Assembly (NCBI GenBank): GCA_002633005.1
Contig: NMRA01000150.1
Coordinates: 530,453-594,452 of the forward strand
Direction of reading: 5' to 3'
Origin: Phoronis australis
Taxonomy: Eukaryota; Animalia; Phoronida
Length of the DNA: 64,000 nt
Every line of letters starts with the position of its first letter. Position 1 is the first letter of the stretch. Made by a program: the position numbers and the translations under genes. The notes under the pieces are model-generated. The model was not told where the DNA came from, did no database searches, and saw only the letters and a list, made by a program, of their open reading frames with translations. Positions 53,690 to 64,000 of the stretch are shown here, piece by piece.

Positions 53690-53900
53690 GAAAAATGGAA
53701 AGGATTCAGTTTTGTGCCCTCAAGTTTGTGTATAATGATTACCAGTCCTCGTATTCAGCTTTTGCTATGAAAGGCAAACTCTGTTCCATTAGTGTCTCAT
53801 TGAATGTGTCGAGCTTTAAAAGTTTTCAAGCCCTCTTTCATGTACGCCCAGGTCCTCTAGATTGTTTCCAATTGCATAAATCATCCTATACGTTCTGGAG
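53690..53900 (+). mobile_element. Decayed LINE ORF2 3' fragment
   Basis: MERIQFCALKFVYNDYQSSY resembles the LERIQxRALRxVxxDYxSSY motif of CR1/L2-type ORF2. Confidence 0.55.
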
Positions 53901-54029
53901 ACAAAATGTCTTATTTGCCTAAACTCCACACATAGTCGAGGTGTCTCGCTATGAACAAATTGCCTGAATCGGATGTTGCAGTTGCCCACACAAAATGTAA
54001 ATACACGAGAAGTATGTGAGTGCCACAAT

Positions 54030-55140
54030 TGTATCTGATGAAGACAGTGACCAACAGCTCTAGCTGGCTTAGTAGAAACAGTGTAGCTCCTATAGGCGCT
54101 TCATACGCCGAAAGCTTTTTGGCGAATTATGTTTCCCATCGACAAAAACCTCAAAGTCACGTTGTTATAAATACCTCATGCACATGGTGGGACACCTTAG
54201 GAGGCAGTTGATGTTTTTAATTCCTTCCAACTAAAACAAATACTCCTATTGTCAAATGTTTTATTCAAGATCTTTCTGTACAAATAATAGAGAAACTCCA
54301 ATACCCCAGTACCCCTCACAGACTCAAAAGAGAACAATTTTGGATAAACAAGCTCAACACACTTTAACCTAATGGATTGAACATAAACACTTCTTAAATT
54401 ATATCCTTTACTTTTTCTGCAACAATGTATCATTATGCCATATATCAGATGTCAATTGTCATATAGTGTTTGATTTTACTTTATTTCTGTTTCTGTTGAC
54501 AAAGGATATTATTATATCCGAAAATTTCAGTGATCCATTTTTGTTGTTTTACTTATATATATTTATTCTACTTTTCGACAAACAAGTGTATCCTTTAGAG
54601 GATCTGGATCGCCTCTTTTAGTTTTGGATTTACTTTCTACATTATAGATCCTTAGGAAATGTAAAAAAAGACACATCTGGAGTTTTTGTGGATGAATTAG
54701 TGCAATTTGTCGCACTGCAAATTACGCCCATTGACATTGTTCTGGCATTTCCTACGTGAGCGTTGCTTATTCACCACTAGGCGGCACTAGTAGTAGCGAT
54801 AACAGCGAACTCGCAAGTGAACTCTCCTATTGCACTACATTCCTTGGTCATATCCCCTAGCATGCGCAGTGTAAAAATGGTCAGTTATTGAATTTGGATA
54901 TGAGAAAAGTGCTCAAAGAAAAAGTTTGAGAAAGGGAGTATTTGTTTGAGTTGGAAGGAACTAAAGACACAAACAGCCTCCCAAGGTACCTCTGGCTCTA
55001 AGGTATTTATGTCACTTTGATGTTTTAGTCGCTGTGAGGCATAATTTGCTGAAAAGCTGCATATGAAGCACCATTGCTGGCAAAGCTACACTGTCTTTAT
55101 TGAGCCAGCAAGAGATGGTGGTCACTGTCTATTCTATATC
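54030..55140. mobile_element. Foldback/MITE with ~220-bp diverged TIRs
   Basis: 54030-54250 is an inverted match to 54935-55140. The internal part 54530-54720 resembles 12030-12220. Confidence 0.65.
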
Positions 55141-55596
55141 TGATGTTGTCGTGTCATGTCTTGTTTCATGTTGACAATCACTCAATCATTAGGGTTATAC
55201 TTCTAAGTTTGTTTACATAGTAAAAGTTTATGTTCTTTCTTTATATATTCTTCTATACCTTTCTGTATACAATTCTCTACACATGTACTTTTATCTGCTG
55301 TGACACAAGCACCTGTGCTAGTGTTTTCTTTTGTTGTATCTACCCAAACCCATGCAAAATAAACGTTGGCACTAGTCGAATAGAATACTCACTAATTTTG
55401 AGAACCAGGCAATTACGGAATAACCGGAATGTTACTCAGTGGATGAAACTGGTTATCAAAATCAGGTACCGCTATATCCCGTATCCGACCCCTGTCAAAC
55501 ATTTTACTTAAACATGAAGTCGAAGACGAGAAACGCGGTCAGCGCGCAAATAGCTAGTATAAGAACTAAGGATCTATGACTGTCGTGGATTATTAC

Positions 55597-55830
55597 CTGA
55601 ATTTGTCGGTCTCTTCCTCAAAGTAGCTGAAATTCATTCTCGTGACCTTAAATAACAACTCTGCCTCTTCCACATTATTGCGAGATTCTAAGCAACGAAA
55701 TGCTTTTTGTACTTGAGAACTCCAACGGAACCAGAATTCTAGTTTCAGCCTTGAATAAAAGGTGGCGATCGGTAACAAACAGGTCAAGGTCAAGGCCAAG
55801 TGTAGTCGCCATGATTGTGTTTGAAACTAG
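55597..55830 (-). other. Probable first (5' UTR) exon of the large SP-RING gene
   Basis: Promoter-like context (GGAAGT, aatcATGGCG) and a donor TTCAG|gtaata at 55597. The main-ATG exon has an acceptor (ttcattacag before 43141) and needs an upstream exon. The link between the two is inferred. Confidence 0.5.
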
Positions 55831-56129
55831 GCCGAGAACTTCCTGATTTCTATTTTTGAAATCGGAAACACTAACAGTATTTCAATCGTTGTTATAAGTA
55901 TCCAGGAAGGATACATGTTTTTGTGGCCAACTGCGCCCTCTTGAATCGAATTTGGCTATTAGTGAGAAAGTATAGTTCATGGCAAATACGATTTGATTAA
56001 AAAATCAACCAGTGGCAGTGCCAGCAGTGGCTAGTGACTGCCAGGCAGCGCCAGTCGGCAGTGGCAGTTCAGTTTCAGTGACAAAACTGACAATTTAAAG
56101 ACTCGGCCGTAAAGGAAGACCATTCCATT
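55813..56129. promoter_or_regulatory. Probable bidirectional promoter between the SP-RING gene and the Ig gene
   Basis: Short spacer between divergent first exons, with ETS-like GGAAG(T) motifs. Confidence 0.45.
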
Positions 56130-59100
56130 ATGTATTGGTCCGATGTGGTTCTGGCATTAACTTTAATGCTTTGCTTTAATGCTTCAGCTCAAGGTGTGAC
56201 AGGTACAGTGGCCGTGTAGTCTGTACGTAGTGAACTAACACACAGACTGGACTGGTCAAGTGTTGATGCATTTAAACTTAATGCAGGCAGTGCTATCTTT
56301 AAAAAAAAAACTTTGTTTTGTTTTGTGTGGGAATTCTTTGTTTTTCATTTTCTTGGCGTGTTAGCAATGGAATTCGTGTATTTTAATAGTAGATACAATA
56401 GTAATCACATTTTTCCTTTTTATTTACCAAAATTTTAGGGTGGCTCATCAAATTCCGTGATTCTGGCCAAAACTCGATGATTGTTTTGCAGCTTAATTGT
56501 TCAAGTTCAAATGCTTAATTCTTTCTGAAGGTGGTGCTGTTTCTTCAAATTTCGAGAAAAAGTAAACATGGCAATAAATGGCATAATTCAGCAGACAAGG
56601 AAAGCAAAAGTAAGCCAGACCCTGGTTATGCTATTGATCACTATGAAGATAATAGAAACCAATTTGAGATAGATAACAGAATAAGCAAACTTAGTAACAT
56701 AGGTTATAGAATTAGTAACAGAAACCAGGTTTATACTGCTACTTTAATTTGACTACCGTATTCGCCCTAATAAGCGCCCGTGCCCCTATAAGCACCCCCC
56801 ACGTGTTTTCAGACTTTGCTGAAATAAGCACCCAGTCCATGAATGGGTAAGTGTGAAAAATGCCTTACCTACAGTCCTAAAATTCTACAATAACATCTTC
56901 AATTTATCAATAATATCTGACAGACCTGAAAAAATTGTGCGCGGAATTTGTAGACCACGAGCCTTTCCGCTATGTCGGTATTTAGCCGTGACTATACATT
57001 TCAAACTTCCGTGGTGCCTCAAAAAGAACGTAAAAGTTTTGTTGATCTTGCGAGGAATTTATCGTACAATGGTCTGGCATTTCAGAGCAGACGCAGTATA
57101 CTTGTCAACGGGATTGTATTGTAGGTATATCCCACTCTCAACAGGAATACAAATTTCTTCGTACAGGTGAAAACTGCGAATCGAAGACTAATAAAAAAAC
57201 TCGACCAGTGTTAAAAGCACGTGGTCAGGAAGTGCGCACTACATACATGTACCTGTCATCAAAGGCATTAGTCGAGTACTATCCATTCCTGAAATGGATA
57301 GTGTAGCGTTGGCAATAAATAAATATTGGCACTATTTTCCGAAAGTTTCTAATACTAAAAAAATTTTGCATTGTTTTTAAGAGGGATTGTTTGATAAATC
57401 ATAATTGGTGTTTTATTTTAGGGCTGTTTTTTCAATTACCTCAGCCCTCTGCTGGTACGTAATTGTACGTCTGTTAGTCATATGCCTGTGATGTTTGTTT
57501 TCCAGAAACTGATCTGGAATCATTCCCTGATGTCACCACTCGCAAGGACCAGTCGGCCATGTTAACCTGTACTATTAAAGGCTTAAGTGGCTCCCCCAAG
57601 GACGAGTTGGTAGGTTAAGTCTGTGTTAACCATTTATGAGTGTTGATTGAAGCTGAGTAATAGATGGCACTTTTGATGGACTCGTTACTTAGGCGACAGT
57701 AAACCCACACTTTCATACTGTTAAAATAACTTTCGATTTATGCAAGTTACTGTCATGAAATCAAAGTCACTCCTTGTAGTGTATATATATATATTACTTC
57801 AGACGATGTCCAATAAAGTAATAGATACTGTTTCAGGTCAGTGGATGCAACTACATTTCGTTCCCTCGATTAAAACACGGTTGATTTGTTCTTGGCCGTA
57901 AACGCTATCCAGTCTCTTAACTTTTTATTCTTGTGACGTGGTATGACTGGTCCGACGAGATTAGACGTGGTGTGACTGGTCTGACAGGATTAGACGTGGT
58001 GTGGCTGGTCTGACAGGATTAGACGTGGTGTGACTGGTCTGACAGGATTAGACGTGGTGTGACCGACGGGATCACACTACTCGGGGATAGAACTGAACTA
58101 ACATGTAAATATGAACTAACATGTAAATATGAACTAACATGTAAATATGAACTAACATGCAAATATGAACTAACATGTAAATATGAACTAACATGTAAAT
58201 ATGAACTAACATGTAAATATGAACTCAAGCGCACCACTCGTCATGGCAATCCTGCAGTTGTTGGAGGCTTTACAATGACAAGTTGTCTTTTCAAGGAGTA
58301 TAAGCCGTGGACAGAAGAATGACTTTGTGATCTGTTTTTAAATCAAAATACGTCACATGTCATGTCTCGTCTGCATGTTGCAAGTGTATAAATTTATTGC
58401 GAGATTGAGACCCGTTTGTTTCCTGTCCCTAGCCAAACTTCACAATTGCAATGAGAGGGGTGTGATTGAATGCTCAATTCAAATCTGGGTCGACCTAGGT
58501 GATAAATCTAGCAAAATTACGTGCTCCATGCGTGGAAATTGTACGAGCGAATATCAGATTATCTTGTTGCAGCATTTAAATTATTCCAGAAATGCTGGCT
58601 AAAAACACACTTTTTGAGACTATTGTAGATAAGCGTGCTGTGTTTCTCACAAACACAGAAATCCATGCGCGAGACAAAGCACAAATTAATCTCAAGTTCT
58701 GTTAGTTGGGGATGGGGAATTACCCGAGAAGCTGGAATTTACGCAAAGTGGGATATTGGCAATTACATGGAAATTTGGCGAAAGTCGAGGGTGGATGATT
58801 ACACGGGCATGGACATTAACCTGTGAGTTTATGGTATGATAAAAAGATGCTGGGGAAAACGCCAAAATATGGTTTTGATCCTGAGGAGGTTGTGTGTCTG
58901 TGTGCATACGACCATTTAGAATAAATGCTCTGAGTCGCCTCATGTCTCTGTGAGCACAACTGATATAGATTTTCAAACAGGTCCAGCTACTGCGGTGACC
59001 TCTATTGACATATTCTGCATGAACAGCTGTACCTAAACCAGTTGCAAGATCACAATTTGGCATGTGTATTTCTATCAACTAGACAACAGATGCAGTGTTT

Positions 59101-59903
59101 CTGTTTATCAACTGTAACTCATGTGTAGACTTAAAATTGTGAGTGAAACGCTTGGAAAAAATACATGGAAAAAATAGAAATGCACTTTAATGTGTACCAT
59201 AATAATAATAATAATTCATACGTCATTACCTAATTTTTCATCCAAGAAAGTCAACTTCATATGACCGATGGGTGATTTTTTTCGGGGACTGGAATTTAGT
59301 CAGCCAATCGGCCTCTGCACCAGCGTTTCAAAAACTCAGAGGAACCACTACAGGCGAATGTATTCAACTACCGCTGTGCCTCATAATGACAATTTTTTAC
59401 GTTTGTCTCTGTATCTTTCGAGGTCCTTCGCATATTTTCAAGAAATTTAACGAGGAGTTTTGTGTTAGAGAGAGGATGACATGTTTCCAATTTTTGTAGA
59501 GGTATTTCATGCCATCTAGTGGCCATTTTATGAAACCCAAAACACCTAGAATGACACTGCATCTCAATACTCTGTATTATCTGTGTTCCATGCAGTGGAT
59601 GTATATCAGTTGTTCTTATTCCTTTTCAGGACTCTCTTAACATTGTGAAAGTCAGGCCAGAGGGTATTACACCAATTTCAAGTTTTGACCAAATTGTGAT
59701 GAACTTTAACGATAAGATTTATGAAACTCCTGTTGGTGGGTCAATATACAAACGCGTGATGAGTAAAGAAGATCTTGGAAATGGGCGTTACAAGTACACA
59801 TTGATCATTAGGAAAGTGAAAGTGAAGGACTCTGCAAAGTTTGAATGTCGAATGAAAAAGGGCGAGAAAGAGAGCAAGATTTCTGCGAGGCTCACTGTGT
59901 TAG
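56130..59903 (+). CDS. Secreted or cell-surface immunoglobulin (V-set-like) domain protein (lachesin/IgLON/Dpr-like layout)
   Basis: Signal-peptide exon 56130-56202 (MYWSDVVLALTLMLCFNASAQG), exon 57506-57609 (..KDQSAMLTCTIKG..) and exon 59630-59903 (..YTLIIRKVKVKDSAKFECR..ARLTVL). All are GT-AG, with phases 1/0/1. Confidence 0.8.
56756..57420. mobile_element. Partial CCGTATT-family DNA transposon
   Basis: TA|CCGTATTCGCCCTAATAAGCGCCC terminus; shares sequence with the 13558 element. Confidence 0.65.
57935..58225. repeat. 29-bp and 18-bp minisatellites
   Basis: GACGTGGTGTGACTGGTCTGACAGGATTA; TGAACTAACATGTAAATA x7. Confidence 0.9.
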
Positions 59904-61625
59904 GTAAGTCAGTGGTTAACCTGCTGACCAGAGGTTGAACTGATGTTGACCAGTGGTCAACATGCTGACTAGTAGTCAAACACAAGCTATCCTGTTGTCA
60001 AATATATGTTGACCAGTTGTAAAGATATTAATCAATGGTCTAATGTGTATTGACCTGTGGTCAATGTACCAGGCTTGTGTACCACAGGTGACTTGTGGTT
60101 TGCAAGTCTATACTGAGTACAAAGACACTAGTTAAAATAACTTAAGTGATTTGTCAATTAATATGTATCATTGTTCTCTACAACCGCTTTTAACGTGTCG
60201 CAGCGTCCTGTTTGGCCGAACGCGCATCCTGTTTAAATGTGCCGTGTCCTGTTTAAAAATCTCGCGACCGGTTTAAAAAATAGGGACCAGTTTGTAAAAA
60301 AGGCGTCGTCATCATTAATCAAGCCTTCACTGGTTCAAATTACGCTCGACAGTAACTGGACATAGCTAAGTGGTTTGTTGTCGAAAGCCTAATCACCGAC
60401 TCACTGAAGCGGCAGACCGGGCCGCTAGTCTATTTATGGTGTAATGCGGCTTGTAAATAATCTTTCAGTCATCTTTTCAATCATCTGGAACAACTAGTCA
60501 TAGTCAATTGAATTTAAACAAAGGCCCAGTACCACCTATAAGCCTAATCCACTACCTGCTCACTGGAGTAACAGTCCGTCACTAAAGTTGCTGATCGTTA
60601 GGCCTAATCACTTTTATACTTATTTGTGTTGGGCAGACAGCTGATCATAACCCATTGAAAATAATTTGGCCTAAGGCTCAGTGGTTAGTTCTGTTAAGTG
60701 TTGTCAGTAAGGACAGTGTTGCGCAGGAATTTATACAACGACACTGGTCTGACTTAACAACACCAAACAAACCTTTAGCGGCTCGACCTAAACTTTACAA
60801 TTGCAATGAGAGGGAGGTATCATTAATTTGTAAATTCAAATCTGGGTCAACCCGTGATAGAAATCTAACGTGTGCACTGTGAGTGCAATTGCAACGACAG
60901 GCATGTGTGATAATTGCTCAATTCAAATCTGGGTCGACTCCGGAGATAAATCTAGCATAATCACTTAGTCTATGCATGCAACTTGTGCGGGCGAATATCT
61001 TGGCTGTCCCATTGAGGTCATTATTGAACGATGACTAATCTCGTTGTAGAAAAGTGCCAGTTCTATAAAATTCTACGGGTTGGTCTCTTCTAAGAATACG
61101 GACTTCGCTGAGACTAATCTTAAATTCCTGCCAATTTTAAAATGAAACTTAAATTTGTCTCAAGTCCATTTTAAGAAAGAGATCTTAAGTTTATGACTAA
61201 GTTTTGTCTTTATTTTGACTAACTTACTGTTTGTGGAAGTTTCAAAGTTCGAAAGTTGAGGCAAATCAGTATTGAATCGAAAAGGAAGTCAGTTTCTTGG
61301 AAAGGACCCCAGTTAATTAGTTTAAGAAAAGGTAGTTGCAGCACTTAAGTTATTCCACAAATGCTTGCTAATAAACGCACTTTTCGAGACTATCGTTTGT
61401 AAGCATGCAATCTTTCCCACCAACACAAAAGTCAGCCTGAAGCAAAGCTGCGAACAAAAGTACAAGTTAAAGCTCAAGTTCTGTGTGTGGTAAGTTGGGC
61501 GATTACTCGAGAAGCTGAAATTTGCGCAACGTGTGAATGGGTGATTGCCCGAACAGTGGGCGATTACACTGAAATTTTGGCAAAAGTCGGGGGGGTGGAC
61601 ATGGGCATTGACATTAACCAGTGAA
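58425..61625 (+). repeat. Two copies of a dispersed repeat (58425-58830 and 60790-61625; the second is interrupted by an insert at ~61000-61330)
   Basis: Shared blocks ACAATTGCAATGAGAGGG, AATTCAAATCTGGGTCGAC and TTTGGC(G/A)AAAGTCG. Confidence 0.6.
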
Positions 61626-62589
61626 TTTCCGTTATTGTGAAACAGAAAAGAAATGTGTAGTTGTGTTATTGCATGTATTATTGATAAAGAATATACTAAC
61701 ACACTACAAAAATCCTCAAGGCGTTGAGACACAATTTCACATATACATAAAAGTATTGAACAACGGCTCCACAACCAGACACTAACCCTGGAAAGCCGAA
61801 GTGTGCCGTATTAGTCAATTATGCACATTCCCAAGTTATGTTTCGTATGCTAAAATATTGTTTTTAGCACATTAATGAATTTATCTCTGTTTTGTGAAAC
61901 AACATGTTGGACATTTGTTGTATTTAGCATTATGACAGCGAGGTGATATCCTGCAGCCAATAGAATAACTAGCATTTAGTCTCTGATTATCAAAATCAGT
62001 GACTACCAAAAGGAAGTATTGTTGGAACAGACATACGGTAAAGTAATTGAATTTACTTGTGTTAATTTTTACTTCCTTTTTAACAGTTGCTGGAACTTTC
62101 CTGTTGTCTGTCCCTACTCCTACTGTTTGTCTTAGCTCGTCTTTACTTTCAGCAAATTAGATTTTATGTTGCCAAAAATTCTCCATCCCTTTGCGTGTTT
62201 CTGGGGCGCGACGTGAGTCGTCACTCATGGTGTTGCCAACCTAAAGTGTAGGCCTACTCCAGCGATTCAAGTGCGTGAATTCATGCGTACGCACCAATCC
62301 AAAGCTGCACATCAAAAGATAACAGGGTCCTAAATGAAAGAGTGTACCGGCATGACTGTTAAGCACCAGGGTGCCATTGGTCCTGACGGTTATAAAAGAC
62401 CTGATGCTTAGCAATATTCCGTGGGACTGATGAAGCCCAGACCTGATACTTTGTTGCTCGGTTGTGAACCTGGTCGATATTCCCTAGGACTGATGTTCTA
62501 TCCCCGAAGGTCGCTATTGCAACTAAATGGATAGATGCAAAATTGTAGTTAGTGAATTTTTATTCTTCTCTTCAAACAACCCCCGCCAA

Positions 62590-62965
62590 TTTGTTCAAGG
62601 AATTCAGTGGGATATTTCAGTCGCATCTTTGGTCTACAATTGTGCGAGGAATTCCTTGGGCTATTTCACAATCACACACTGGCCTACATTTGTTCAAGCA
62701 ATTCAGTCCGCTATTTGAGAGTCACACACTGGCCTACAGTTGTTCAAGGAATTCAGTCGGCTATTTCAGAGTCACACACTGGCCTACAGTTGTTCAAGGA
62801 ATTCAGTCGGCTATTTTAGAGTCACAAGCTAGCCTACATTTGTTCAAGGAATTCAATGGACTATTTAAGAATCACATACTGGCCTACTTTTGTTCAAGGA
62901 CTCCAGTGGGCTATTTGACAGTCGCAAACTGGCTTACATTTGTTCAATAAAACCAGTGGACTATT
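62590..62965. repeat. 49-bp minisatellite
   Basis: TTGTTCAAGGAATTCAGTCGGCTATTTCAGAGTCACACACTGGCCTACA. Confidence 0.9.
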
Positions 62966-63175
62966 TCATTTTGAAATATCTGACCAACGTAAGTTGTATT
63001 TAAGTCAATGAACCCGCATCACCTGATGTTGTCCTGGTTTAATAGGTTAAAACTAACTTACCAAACCTTGTATGGGTTTACAGTTTCTGTTTACTTGGTA
63101 TTAATTTCCCAAGGCTTAATTTGATAATGTAATGGTTCTATAGGAAGCACTTCCGCTGTTGTGCGCTTGTTTCAG

Positions 63176-63291
63176 GAAGTGCTCCTGGTCTGCACTCGAA
63201 ACAGGAAAGTATCACACTGTTGAATGTTAGTCACATACTGGTGGCTGAAGTTTGTGTGACCCCTGTTATAATATTCTTGACTGTCTGTTGA
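63176..63291 (+). CDS. Possible terminal exon of the Ig gene (GPI-signal-like hydrophobic tail)
   Basis: Acceptor ttgtttcag in phase 1 gives GSAPGLHSKQESITLLNVSHILVAEVCVTPVIIFLTVC*. A competing acceptor ~32 nt upstream gives a different frame. Confidence 0.35.
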
Positions 63292-63911
63292 CAGATAAAC
63301 TATGACTGTTGTTAAGTTGGAAAAAAGGTTGGATCTGTTGTAATGACCTGTGAATCCTGCAGTGTTATTGAAGAGACTGAGTATAACTGGAGAAAATGGA
63401 GGCTGTGAAGATTGAGAGTCTTTTGTTCGTGTTTGATCTTTCAAATATTTGCCTCAACTACCCATTAATTGGCAGATAGTGGTCTTCAACTGTTAATCCT
63501 GGATCTGGTTAATCATTTCATCTATTTTCTATTCACTGGTGTTCCTTCCCTTGGAGGATTAACAGTGTGATTTGTATGTCAGGCTAATACTCCAGAACTA
63601 TACAAGACATCACTTCATTTGATTGTGTGATAAGATCGTCTGTGGAATGACTGAAGCCAGTGAGGACTTGGTTATTGATTGAAGTGGTGTTACCATCTCC
63701 TTGACAGACTTGTGGTTTGGTCTGCTACTGGCCTACTGCCATCATGTAGCTGTGAATGTCACTACCATAGTTACCAGTGACTCCCTCTAATCTCACACGT
63801 AGTTAATAAGGATTGCTGTCTCACTAAAAGGACATACAAAGTCGACTCGAAGGATTACTGAATTACTAGGATCACATGTTTGAATAATGCCACGGATTTG
63901 GAGAAGTTGCA

Positions 63912-64000
63912 TGATGACTAACTGAGTGTGGTCACCTGTTACATGACTAACTGAGTGTGGTCACCTGCATGATGACTTACTGAGTGTGATCACCTGTTAC
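63912..64000. repeat. ~29-bp minisatellite running off the window end
   Basis: ATGACTAACTGAGTGTGGTCACCTG units. Confidence 0.85.

Noticed and set aside
63172-63444. 90-aa minus-strand ORF
   Set aside because: No ATG, no splice signals and no homology; flanking frames are full of stops.

Overview
AT-rich, intron- and repeat-rich animal (invertebrate-like) genomic DNA from a draft assembly, with an N-gap at 14701-15341 and single Ns at 12030 and 24615. Manual splicing gives five protein-coding genes. (1) The 5' coding exons of a TUBGCP6-like gene (minus strand, runs off the left edge). (2) A 58-aa SMIM30-like microprotein (minus) that the ORF track misses. (3) A complete 7-exon class III eIF4E (eIF4E3, plus), head-to-head with SMIM30. 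(4) A ~1986-aa, 9-exon minus-strand gene joining a SENP6/7-type PH-like domain, a probable second copy of it, many SIM-like motifs, low-complexity/polyQ tracts and a C-terminal NSMCE2/Mms21-type SP-RING; this candidate new SUMO E3 ligase architecture is the most interesting feature. (5) A signal-peptide Ig-domain gene (plus). Introns carry many minisatellites (two of which multiply real splice donors), nested MITEs, SINEs, LINE fragments and a probable allelic false duplication. All homology calls come from recalled family sequences compared by eye; no searches were run.
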